A DNA stretch of 64,000 bases from Squalus acanthias (Eukaryota), in assembly GCA_030390025.1 (NCBI GenBank), contig JASTWF010000033.1, positions 1,056,001 to 1,120,000 on the forward strand. Reading direction: 5' to 3'. A program made the translations under genes and the position numbers. Numbering within the stretch: the stretch's first letter is position 1; the number at the start of each line of letters is the position of its first letter. This document shows positions 46,890 to 57,864 of this stretch, piece by piece. The notes under the pieces were generated by a model that was not told the origin of the DNA, did not search any database, and saw nothing but the letters and a program-made list of their open reading frames with translations.

Positions 46890-49800
46890 GAAACATAGAA
46901 ACATAGAAAATAGGTGCAGGAGTAGACCATTCGGTCCTTCGAGCCTGCACCACCATTCAATGCGTTCATGGCTGCACATGCTACCTCAGTACCCCATTCC
47001 TGCTTTCTCGCCATACCCCTTGATCCCCCTAGTTGTAAGTATTATATCTAACTCCCTTTTGAATATATTTCGCGAACTGGCCTCAACAACCTTCTGTGGT
47101 AGAGAATTCCACAGATTCACCACTCTCTGGGTGAAGAAGTTCCTCCTCATCTTAGTCTTAAATGGCTTCCCCTTTATCCTTAGACTGAGACCCCTGGTTT
47201 TAGTTTACCCTAACATTGGAAACATTCTGCCCGCATCTAATTTGTATAAACCAGTCAGAATTTTAAACGTCTCTATAAGATCCCCCCTCATTCTTCTGAA
47301 CTCCAGAGGATACAAGTTCAGTTGATCCAGTCTTTCTTCATATGTCAGTCTGGCCATCCCAGGAATCAATCTAGTGAACCTTCGTTGCACTCCCTCAATA
47401 GCAAGAATGTCCTTCCTCAAGTTAGGAGACCAAAACTGCACACAATACTCCAGGTGTGGCCTCACCAAGGCCCTGTACAACTGTAGCATCACCTCCCTAC
47501 TCCTGTACTCAAATCCCCTTGCTATGAAGGCCATCATGCCATCTGCTTTCTTGACTGCCTGCTGCACTTGCCTTCCCACCTTCAGTGACTGATGTACCAT
47601 GACGCCCAGGTCTCGTTGCACCTCCCCTTTCCCTAATCTGCCACCATTCAGGTAATAGTCTGCCTCCCTATTTTTACCACCAAAGTGGATAACCTCACAT
47701 TTATCCACATTGTACTTCATCTGCCATACATTTGCCCATTCACCCAACCTGTCCAAGTCACTCTGTAACCTCCTAGCATCCTCCTCATTGTTCACACTGC
47801 CTCCCAATTTAGTGTCATCCGCAAATTTGGAGATATTACAATTAATCCCTTCGTCCAAATCATTAATATATAATGTAAACAGCTGGGGCCCCAGCACCGA
47901 ACCCTGCGGTACCCCGCTGGTCACTGCCTGCCATTCTGAAAAGTACCCATTTACTCCTACTCTTTGTTTCCTGTTTGCCAACCAGTTCTCAATCCACGTC
48001 AACACATTACCCCCAATCCCATGTGCTTTAACTTTGCACACCAATCTCTTATGTGGGACCATGTCGAAGGCCTTCTGAAAGTCCAAATACACCACATCTA
48101 CTGGTTTCCCCCCCCCGCCCCCGTCCACCCTATTGGAAACATGCTCAAAAAATTCCAGAAGATTTGTCAAGCATGATTTCCCTTTCACAAATCCATGCTG
48201 ACTTGGACCTATCATGTCGCCACTTTCCAAATGGTCTGTTATGACATCTTTAATAATTGATTCCATCATTTTACCCACCACCGATGTCAGGCTGACCGGT
48301 CTATAATTCCCTGCTTTCTCCCTCCCTCCTTTTTTAAAAAGAGGGGTTACATTAGCCACCCTCCACTCCTTCGGAACTGATCCAGAGTCTAAGGAATGTT
48401 GGAAAATGATCGTCAATGCATCCACTATTTCCAAGGCCACCTCCTTAAGTACTCTGGCATGCAGACCATCAGGCCCTGGGGATTTATCAGCCTTCAGTCC
48501 CATCAATTTCCCCAACACCTTTTCCCGACTGATAAGGATTTCCCTCAGCTCCTCCCTCTTACCAGATCCTTTGCTCTCTTTTATTTCCGGAAGGTTGTTT
48601 GTGTCCTCCACAGTAAACACCGAACCAAAGTACTTGTTCAATTGATCTGCCATTTCTTTGTTCCCCATTATAACTTCCTCTGTTTCTGACTGCAGGGGAC
48701 CTACGTTTGTTTTTACTAACCTCTTTCTTTTTACATATTTATAGAAGCTTTTGCAGTCCATTTTAATGTTCTCCGCAAGCTTCCTTTCATATTTAATTTT
48801 CCCTGCCCTAATCAAACCCTTCGTCCTCCTCTGCTGAGTTTTAAAGTTCTCCCAGTCCCCGGGTTTGCTGCTACTTCTGGCCAATTTGTATGCCACTTCC
48901 TTGCTTTTAATACTATCCCTGATTTCTCTTGCTAGCCATGGTTGAGCCACCTTCCCTTTTTTATTTTTACGCCTGACAGGGATGTACAATTGCTATAGTT
49001 CATCCATGCGATCTCTAAATGTCTGCCATTCCCCTTCCACTGATAACCCCTTAAATATCGCTTGCCAATCTAACCTCGCCAATTCACACCTCATACCCTC
49101 AAAGTTGCCCTTATTTAAGTTCTGGACCATGGTCTCTGAATTAACTGTTTCCTTCTCCATCCTAATATAGAACTCCACCATACTCTGCTCACTCTTCCCC
49201 AAGGGGCCTCGCCCCACAAGATTGCTGATTAGTCCTTCCTCATTACACAACACCCAGTCCAGGATGGCCTCCCCTCTAGTTGGTTCCTCAACATATTGGT
49301 TTAGGAAACCATCCCTTAAACACTCCAGGAAATCCTCCTACACCGTATTGCTTCCAGTTTGAGTAGCCCAATCTATATGCATATTAAAGTCACCCATGAT
49401 AACTGCTGCGCCTTTTTTCCATGCACCTCTGATTTCCTGTTTCATACCCTCCTCCACCTCACTACTACTGTTTGGAGGTCTGTACACAACCCCCACTAAC
49501 GTTTTCTGCCCTTTGGTGTTCTGCAGCTCAACCCATATTGATTCCACATCCTCCAAGCTAATGTCCTTCTTAGCTATTGCATTAATCTCCTTTTTAACCA
49601 GCAATGCTACCCCACCCCCTTTTCCTTTTATTCTATCCTTCCTGAATGTTGAATACCGCTGGATATTCAGTTCCCAGCCTTGATTGTTCTGGAGCCACGT
49701 CTCTGTAATCCCAATCACATCATATCCGTTAACATCAATTTGCACAGTCAATTCATCCACCTTATTACGGATACTCCTTGCATTAAGACACAGAGCCTTT

Positions 49801-49945
49801 AGGCTTGTTTTATTAACACCCTTTGACCTTTTAGACTTATGATTTAGTATGGCCCTTTGTGTTTCTTGCCTTTGTTTACTCGGATTTCCCTTATTGTTTC
49901 TCGCCCTTCTAACTTTTGTTTCTGACTGCATATTACTTCCCCCTG
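46890..49945 (-). mobile_element. CR1 LINE with near-complete ORF2 (EN + RT), disrupted, (TTTCTATG)n tail
   Basis: ORFs 49338-49931 (EN), 48993-49253 and 47205-48989 (RT, 594 aa); absent from the paralog at about 56790. Confidence 0.95.
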
Positions 49946-50173
49946 TTTCGCTACATGCCGTAGATGCCGTAGTTTTGTGTCTAAAAGCGCGTTGCGATCA
50001 GAACATTGCCGGAAGCCCTGTGGTTAATGAAAGGGCTTTTGATGCTTGATTTTCTTATGCACCTTGGAATTCAGGAGAACCTGGTTCGTGGTTTGCAGAA
50101 CAAGTTAAACCCCTGGAGCGGAGCCACCAGGCGCCTGGCTGCAACCAGCGACAAAGACGTTCAAAGTGATCAG

Positions 50174-50246
50174 ACCCGGCGAGCTCAGTCGGCAGAGTGT
50201 GAGACTCTCAATTTCAGGCTCGTTTGTTCGAGCCCCACGTTGGATG
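50174..50246 (+). pseudogene. tRNA-Lys(CTT)-derived pseudogene (anticodon reads CTC)
   Basis: 73-nt alignment to tRNA-Lys CTT with many substitutions. Confidence 0.82.
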
Positions 50247-50720
50247 ATAGCATTTTGTTAAAATTTTATGTTGCTTTCACGGGAAAGCTTCATTCATTAA
50301 CCGATAATCTTCTTTTGCACAATGAAAGAAATGCTAACTGAGGGAGAGTCGATAGTTCAATAATTTGTTTTGCACATTGCAAGTTAACTGTTGCCCATAA
50401 TCCATTTTACACACTGTACTTTAGGAGTCTGGCTTAAAATGTGCATTGCTGATGACACCAGGCATCTGGGGCAACTATTGTCAAATTTAACAGGACCGGT
50501 TATTTCTACCGTGTACAGAAAATAGAATCAGTAATGAACATAAAACCTCATTGTGCTGATTTTCAGATTCAACGCAGTCACCTTTGAAATAAAGGGGAAT
50601 TGCTTTACAGTGAAAAGATTTGGAAGTAAGTGTTACTCGTATTTGTGCCTTTAATTAAAGGTTGTGGCGTCTGACTCCCGTTCAGGTTTCTTCTTCCTCT
50701 GTTGAATAAGAAAGTGGGAA

Positions 50721-50773
50721 TGACGTTGACCAGACTGCACTCGCCCAGATGTGTGTGAGCTAAACCTTATATT
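50721..50773 (+). promoter_or_regulatory. Putative external vault RNA promoter elements: CRE-like TGACGT (-76) and TATA-like TTATATT (-30)
   Basis: Same motifs and spacing upstream of the other copy (36878-36883 and 36925-36931). Confidence 0.55.
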
Positions 50774-50796
50774 GAGCGGTTTCTCAACATTTGCTC

Positions 50797-50875
50797 GACG
50801 TAAGCTTTAGCTCAGCGGTTACTTCGTAGTACCAACTTAATTCTAAGTTCGAACGCGGGCGCTGCCTGGCGTTTT
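50797..50875 (+). ncRNA. Vault RNA-like gene (Pol III)
   Basis: GCTTTAGCTCAGCGGTTACTTCG (A box, as in human vtRNA1-1), GTTCGAA-CGCGGGCGCT (B box and 3' stem), pairing termini GACGTAAG/CTGGCGTT, TTTT terminator. Confidence 0.85.
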
Positions 50876-50992
50876 ATTGTCATTTTCAACCCCCTTTTAC
50901 ACCGAAACAAATTGTTACCGTGATTTCAATTCAGCTGTGTGAGATTTTTAGAGGGCAACTGTAAACGATTCATTGCCGATTCCTGTCAGCAT

Positions 50993-51023
50993 CGCGACCC
51001 GTGTTCGATTCCCGGTTATGGAA
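50993..51023 (+). pseudogene. tRNA-Glu 3' fragment
   Basis: CGCGACCCGTGTTCGATTCCCGGTTATGGAA; paralog of 37171. Confidence 0.7.
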
Positions 51024-52577
51024 TTAACTTTGATATCAACGTTTTTAATTAATTAATGCGAAGTAATTTTATTAAATTACTAACATGCATCTAATGTGAA
51101 AAATAAGAATTGTTTTAATGACCATTATTGAACCAATAACTTCCTTTTGCAGAATGAAATATATTATAATATGGTTACTGAGGAACAGTCAAAACTTCAC
51201 TCATTTAATTTGCTCTTTGCCTGTGCAAACTGTTAACCTATATCTCATTGTATACATTGTATTTTGGGAGAATGGTTTAAAATGTTTATTGCTTGTGAGA
51301 GCAGGGATCTGGGGCAACTTTTGTTAATTTAACAGGACCGGCTATTTCACAGAAAAAAAAATTCTCTGACATAATGTTTTCAGACCATACACTGACCGAT
51401 CTTTCTTAGGCCCAAAGTGGATGATCTGACACTTGCCCACATTGAACTCCATTAATCGGTGTTCAGGGGAGATTTAATAGAACTGTTCAAAATTATGGGG
51501 GAAACTGTTTCCACTGGCAGGAGGGTCAGCAGGGCTATGGGGGAAGAGCAGCGGAGTGGGACTAATAGGAAAGCGCTTTCAAATATGTTGCATCAATTGT
51601 TCATTTTAATCTGCGATTGATAGATTTTTGTTAACGAAAGGTATTAAAGGATAATTCAAGTCTCTGAGTCTCCTTATAATTTTTTCAATGATCAGTAATC
51701 AACACACAACATTGTGTTGCTCGCTGCAGGAATTGCTAACAAGTTTACTGAGTGACAGCCAAACTTGAATAACCTTTTATAGAATCATAGAATCATACAG
51801 CACAGAAGGAGGCCATTCGGACAATTATTACCACTCCCCAGCTCTTTTTCCAATGCCCTGCAAGTGTTTCCTTTTCAATTTCTTTCCCTTTTGAAAGTTA
51901 ATATTGAATCTGCTTTCACCACCATGTCAGGCAGAAATATATTTACATCAATGTTATCCAAGTCCCATTTCACACAGTAATTTCCCTGCTCTGCATGTCA
52001 TGAAATGTTCTCCCTTCTCATTTTACAAACTCTATTTTAGGAGATTGTTTAAAAATGTTCGATGCTTGTGACGTCAGCCATTGCTAGATTGAAAAGGATT
52101 GCAGCCCCTTTCCTTGGAAATCTCAACCCCAAAGTGCTTTTGATGCTCATTCGTTGAGTATATTCAAGGCTGAGATCGATAGATTTTTGGACTGTAGTGG
52201 AATCAAGGGATATGGGGATAGGCAGGAAAGTGGAGTTGAGGTCCAAGATCAGCCATTATCTGATTGAATGGCGGTGCAGGCTCGCGGGGCCATAAGGCCT
52301 GCTCCTGCTCCTAATTATTTCGTTCTTATGTTCTTATGTCCTTTCACAGGAGAGCAAACTCGCCCCTGGACCTGCATGAGGAGCAAGTTCCAACAAAATG
52401 TTTCCGAGAAAGTGATAACTCCTACACTGCGGAAACGTCTCCACTTTCAGTATCAGGTCTGATGGAAATGTTCAGCGAGCGGGTGAACCATTGAATCCCA
52501 CTTTTGAGGGACTTACCAAAGCGCATCACAGTGGCGTCAAAAGAAATGTGTTGGCCTTAGTAATTAAATATAAGCAA

Positions 52578-52660
52578 TGTCTGAATTGGGATCCGAACCA
52601 ACGCCTTCAGCGAAGGCTGTGACCTGAACGCAGCGCCTTAGACCGCTCGGCCAACCTGAC
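52578..52660 (-). pseudogene. tRNA-Leu(CAG) pseudogene
   Basis: 83 nt; reverse complement GTCAGGTTGGCCGAGCGGTCTAAGGCGCTGCGTTCAGGTCACAG...; B box mutated. Confidence 0.85.
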
Positions 52661-53307
52661 TGTTAAACAGTTCACTTGTAACTTGTCACTTCCGCATTTA
52701 GAAATTTTCAGTTCGGGTGCTTGTTCAATGCTGCTCGAAGGCTCAGTGACCGGGATATCATCTCCCCCGGGGTGTTTCTGAGACTGTGCTCGGTGTATGG
52801 GGAGGTTTAGCCTGGGTCCGTGTTATCTTGCAGCCCAGGGATGGACAATAACCCTCTGAGCTCTGGAGCTGAGGAAGAGCGAGTAATTAATGGGTTTGTT
52901 TCCGCGTCTGAAATGCGGCTTCGATCTGCTGGTATTAACCGAGGCCGGGGCTGCGAGAAGTTGCATTTTGTTCACGTTTAATCAGAGGAATATCCGCAGT
53001 CAGGAGCTGAAAAGGACCGAGAGCTGAAAAAACACAAGAAAAAAGATAAGAAATGGTAGCAATTGTGATAAACTGTTTAAAGTGTTTTCTGGTAGTTTCG
53101 TGTTTTAATTGTTTTAATCACCATTCATTAACCGATAGCGTTGTTTTTGCAGAATGAAGGAAATGCTCACACTGAGGGACAGTCGAAACTTCAATAACTT
53201 AACTTTACCAATGTGCGCAACTTTATTCATTGATGAAGTTTTATCCCCTATCTCAATTTACACACTGTGTATTAATTTCTTTCACAAAAAATATGCTCTC
53301 GAAAATT

Positions 53308-53909
53308 GGGCCGAATATTCCGATCCCTTCGGGTGAGTACGCGTTGTGTACACACCCGCAGGGACATCAAAAAATGTCGGGGTCAGGCATGCGAAGCGCA
53401 TGCGCTGAAAACCGGCATTTCCGATCTGATCACTTAACAATACTTAAAAAAATTAAGTTTATTTTTAGCCGCGTAAAAAGCTTTAATTATTTTGTTCAAA
53501 AAATTAAATTTTTGTTAAAATATTTAATTTATTGTAATTTCAAATAATTTAAAAAATGTGATTTAAAAAAATTTTTTAACGTGATTTAAAAAAATATATT
53601 TAACGTGATTTAAAACAAATATTTAACTTTTTACAGTGTTTTTGGGCTGATCTCCATACCTATATTTGTCAGGTCTGTCTGTCACGTGCATGAAGGGAGA
53701 TTCTCTTCTTTGATGAGTTCCCCAAGATCCCAGGGTCGCTTGGAAACCGCATGAACCTCTGGGATACATGGGCCCTGCACATTTCGAGTTGGCAGAGGCC
53801 CAGGAGCGGAAATGTCCGGACCTCCCGAGCTCTGAGGTAAGTCTGTAGATTTGATTTCCCGATTGGAGTTCTCCACACGTAGGAACTCTCCGATCGGGAA
53901 ATTGGGCCC
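53308..53909. mobile_element. PIF/Harbinger-like MITE related to 32448-33171, in the opposite orientation
   Basis: TIRs GGGCCGAATATTCCGATC / GATCGGGAAATTGGGCCC; flanks ATT/AAT; absent from the paralog at 39490. Confidence 0.78.
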
Positions 53910-53911
53910 AA

Positions 53912-53984
53912 TGTTTCCGCCCGGCATTGAACCGTGGACTTCTTGCGTGTAAGGTAAACGTGATAACCGCTACATTACGTAAAC
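53912..53984 (-). pseudogene. tRNA-Val(TAC)-like pseudogene
   Basis: 73-nt alignment; paralog of 39496. Confidence 0.82.
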
Positions 53985-54446
53985 CTCTGATGCACATAGC
54001 ATCCAGAAAGATCTGTTCAGCGACAAGGTGACATGCTGCATCCCAGATTCTGGATTAATTTCCTATCACTAACATTTCTCTGACCGAAACTGCACAAGAC
54101 AAAAATGTTCCTATCAAACTCATTAAACTCCCGAATTTCCTTCTCCCGAATCTTCTGAATCAGATGCCTCTAGTTTTGACCACGGAATCTATGTGCCTTT
54201 GCAATTTTCTGCTCCCAGTCACACTACTTACTGTGCCACTAACTTTGTGTCGTTAAACTTGGTAATATACACCTATAGAAGACTTTTGGATTACCTTTTA
54301 TGTTAGCAGCCATTCTATTCTCATACCCTCTCTTTCCCCTCTTATTTTCCTTTTCAATTCTCCTCTGAGCTTTCTATATTTAGACTGATTATCAGATTTA
54401 TTAGGTTAGCTGAAGTCCCCGATTATCACTGCTCTATAGTTCACAG

Positions 54447-56285
54447 TCATAGATTCATAACGGCACAGAAGGAGGCCATTCGGCCGATCGACTCGGTGCT
54501 GGCATTCTAAGAACATAAGAACATAATAAATAGGAGCAGGAGTAGGCCAATCGGCACCTCGAGCCTGCTCCTACATTCAATGAGATCATGGCTGATCTGA
54601 TCCTCACCTCAACTCTAAAGAACACAAGAACTAGGAGCAGGACACGGCCACTCAGCCCGTGGGCCCGCTCCGCCACCCACAGGGCCTCGACCGATCCGAA
54701 CTCAGCCTCATGTCCAATTTCCTGCCCGCTCCCCGTAACCCCTAATTCCCTTTACTTCTAGGAAACTGTCTATTTCTGTTTTAAATTTATTTAATGATGT
54801 AGCTTCCACAGCTTCCTGGGGCAGCAAATTCCACAGACCTACTACCCTCTGAGTGAAGAAGTTTCTCCTCATCTCAGTTTTGAAAGAGGAGCCCCTTATT
54901 CTAAGATTATGCCGCCTAGTTCTAGTTTCACCCATCCTTGGGAACATCCTCACCGCATCCACCCGATCAAGCCCCTTCACAATCTTATATGTTTCAATAT
55001 GATCTTCAGAATTCCAATGAGTAGAGACCCAATCTACTCAACCTCTCCTCATATGTCCACCCCCTCATCCCTGGGATTAACCGAGTGAACCTTCTTTGTA
55101 CTGCCTCGAGAGCAAGTATGTCTTTTCTTACGTATGGACACCAAAACTGTATGCAGTATTCCAGGTGCGGTCTCACCAATACCTTATATAACTGCAGCAA
55201 TACCTCCCTGTTTTTATCATCTATCCCCCTAGCAATAAAAGCCAATATTCCGTTGGCCTTCTTGATCGCCTGCTGCACCTGCATACTAACTTTTTTATTT
55301 TCTTGCACTAGGACCCCCAGATCCCTTTGTACAGCAGTACTTTCCAGTTTCTCGCCATTAAGTTAATAACTTACTCTCTGATTTTTCCTGCCAAAGTGCA
55401 TAACCTCACATTTTCCAATATGGTATTGCATCTGTCAAATCTCCACCCACTCACCCAGCCTGTCTATATCCCCTTGTAGGTTTTTTATGTCCTCCTCACA
55501 TTCTACTTTCCCTCCCATCTTTGTATCATCTGCAAACTTTGATATGTTACACTCGGTCCCCTCCTCCAAATCGTTAATATAGATTGTAAAGAGTTGGGGA
55601 CCCAGCACAGACACCTGTGGAACACCACTGGCTACTGGTTGCCAGTCCGAGAATGAACCATTTATCCCAACTCTCTGCTTCCTGTTAGATAACCAATCCT
55701 CCACCCATGCCAGAATATTACCCCCAATCCAGCGATTTTTTATCTGTAGAGCAATCCAGTCAGTCCCATTCCCCCCGCTCTGTCACCGTAGCCCAGCAAG
55801 TTTATTTCCCTCAAGTGCCCATCGAGTCTCCAGTTGAAAACATTGAGCGTCTCCGTTTCCACCACTTCCGTCGGCAGCGAGTTCCAGGTCCTCACCACTC
55901 GCTGCGTAAAAAAATTTCCTCACATTCCCCCTGTATCTCTTCCCCAAAACCTTAAATCTGTGTCCCCTAGTCCTTGTGCCATCAACTAGTGGCAACAGCC
56001 TTTCCCCGTCTAGCCTATCCAAACTCATCATAATCTTGTCCGCCTCTATCAAATCACCCCTCAACCTCATTTTCTTATAATACTCCTGTAATGCGCCTTG
56101 GGACGTTTTACTACGTTAAAGGCGCTATATAAATACAAGTTGTTGTTGTAATGAAAACAAATGCAGCTTCTCCAACCTGTCCTTGTAGCAAACATCCCCC
56201 ATTCGCGGAAACAATCTGGTAAATGTCCACTGCACCCTCTCCAGGGCCTTCACATCCTTTCTAAAGTGTGGCGACCAGAACTGCA
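54447..56285 (-). mobile_element. Older CR1 3' end (54447-54505 and 55745-56285), paralog of 40025-40630, split by a younger CR1
   Basis: Sequence resumes at GTAGAGCAATCC; shares the L2-tail insertion at about 56075-56150. Confidence 0.85.
54508..55744 (-). mobile_element. Nested CR1 3' portion, same subfamily as 14460-17810
   Basis: Near-identical proteins (MEDWLSNRKQRVG...GERAGNWT) and the same doubled 3' UTR. Confidence 0.93.
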
Positions 56286-56464
56286 AGCAGGTGGTGAAAG
56301 CGGGCGTGAGACGGTAACTGACAGCTAAGCGCTGCTTCTGTTGCTGTCTGACACCCGGTGGTAGTGGGCGGGGATGTTAAAGCCCTTTAATTACTCCAAG
56401 TCAGGAGAAATCAAACAGTGCTTGAGGAACGTGCATATATACAAACATCGCCGCTCGCATTGTG

Positions 56465-56536
56465 GACGTCGTGGCGCAACGGTAGGGCGTCTGACGCCAG
56501 ATTTGCAGGCTGCGTGTTCAAATCACGGCGGGGTCA
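56465..56536 (+). pseudogene. tRNA-Trp(CCA) pseudogene
   Basis: 72-nt alignment; U33 to G and a broken anticodon stem; paralog of 46315. Confidence 0.82.
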
Positions 56537-56990
56537 TTGCTCTATTCGATAATCCCGGAATTAATATTTTCTTTGCTGTTTCACAATAATCAGAACCTTG
56601 CTCCAAAGACTATCTCACTGTTTCCCCATTGTTAGGGAAAGAATCGCCAGAATGCCTCATTTATTTAATGTGACAAGACACAAGCACAGGTATTCGTTCA
56701 AAATCAAACAGCAGGTGGCCACACATCGAATAAACAGTGCCAGAGAGACAGACACAATCGGGAAACACCGGGAAACAGACAAGAGATATTGACAAGGAAT
56801 AAAAGCGCTTTGCGATCAGAAAATGCCTGAATCCCTGTGGTTAATGAAACGGCTTTTGATGCTTGATTTCCTTGCACACCTTGGAATTCAGGAGAACCTG
56901 GTTCGTGGTTTGCAGAACAAGTTAAATCCCTGGGGCGGAGCCAGCAGGCGCCTGGCTGCAATCAGAGACAAGGACGCCCGAGCTTATCAG

Positions 56991-57063
56991 GCCCGGCTAG
57001 CTCAGTCGGTAGAATATGAGACTCTTAATCTCAGAGTCGTGGGTTCGAGCCCCACCTTGGGCG
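56991..57063 (+). tRNA. tRNA-Lys(CTT), best-preserved full-length tRNA in the window
   Basis: About 4 substitutions from consensus; A and B boxes and anticodon arm intact; mismatches in the D and acceptor stems. Confidence 0.8.
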
Positions 57064-57282
57064 AATGCTCTTTGTTAAACATGTATGCTGCTTCCACGGA
57101 AAAGCGTCATTAATTAACCGATAACCTTTATTTGCTCTATAAAAGAAATGCTACCTGAGGGAGGGTCGATGTACAATAATTTTATTTGTGCTTTGCATGT
57201 TACCCATATCTCATTGTGTCTAATTGAACAGGACCGGATATTTCTACCGTGCACAGAAAATAGAATCAGCAGTGAACATCCA

Positions 57283-57863
57283 AAGCACAGAAGGAGGCCA
57301 CCGGCCCATCGAGCCCATGCCTGCTCGCTGCAAAACACTTCAGCTAGTCCCACTCCCCCGCCCTTTCTCCGTAGCCCCGCAACATATTTTTCCTCCGGGT
57401 ACTTATCCAATTCCCTTCTGAAAGCCACGATTGAATCGGTCTCTACCACGCTTTCAGGCAGTGCATTCCAGATCCTTATCACTCGCTACGTAACGTTTTT
57501 TTTCCTCATGTCGCCTTTGGTTCTTCTGCCAATCACCTTAAATCTTGATCCTCTGGATTTCGACCCATCCACCAATGGGAACAGTTTCTCTCTATCTACC
57601 CTGTCTAGACCCCTCGTGATTTTGAACACCTCTATCAGATCTCATCGCGAACTTCTCTGATCTAAGGAGAACAACGACAGCTTCTCCAATCTATCCACGT
57701 AACTGAAGTCCCTCATCCCCCGAAACAAGCTTGTGAATCTTTTCTGCCTTCACATCCTTCCTAAAATGTTGGGCCCAGAATCCTCCACCTGAGGCCTAAC
57801 CAATAATGTATAAAGGCTGAGCATTACTTCCTTGCTTTTTAAATCTATGACTCTATTAATAAA
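57283..57863 (-). mobile_element. CR1 3' portion; 57599-57863 paralogous to 44691-44970
   Basis: MIRIWNALPESVVETDSI translation; shared deletions. Confidence 0.85.
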
Positions 57864-57864
57864 A

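Noticed and set aside
46650..46898. 82-aa ORF as a host exon
   Set aside because: No recognisable domain or splice context; it runs into a CR1 tail.
50174..50246. Functional anticodon-switched (mistranslating) tRNAs, here and at 19534, 38771 and 39496
   Set aside because: Each has additional stem or promoter lesions; best read as neutral decay.
50797..50875. Degenerate tRNA or U4 snRNA
   Set aside because: No cloverleaf; similarity to U4 is limited to AGCTTT; both ends fit vault RNA far better.
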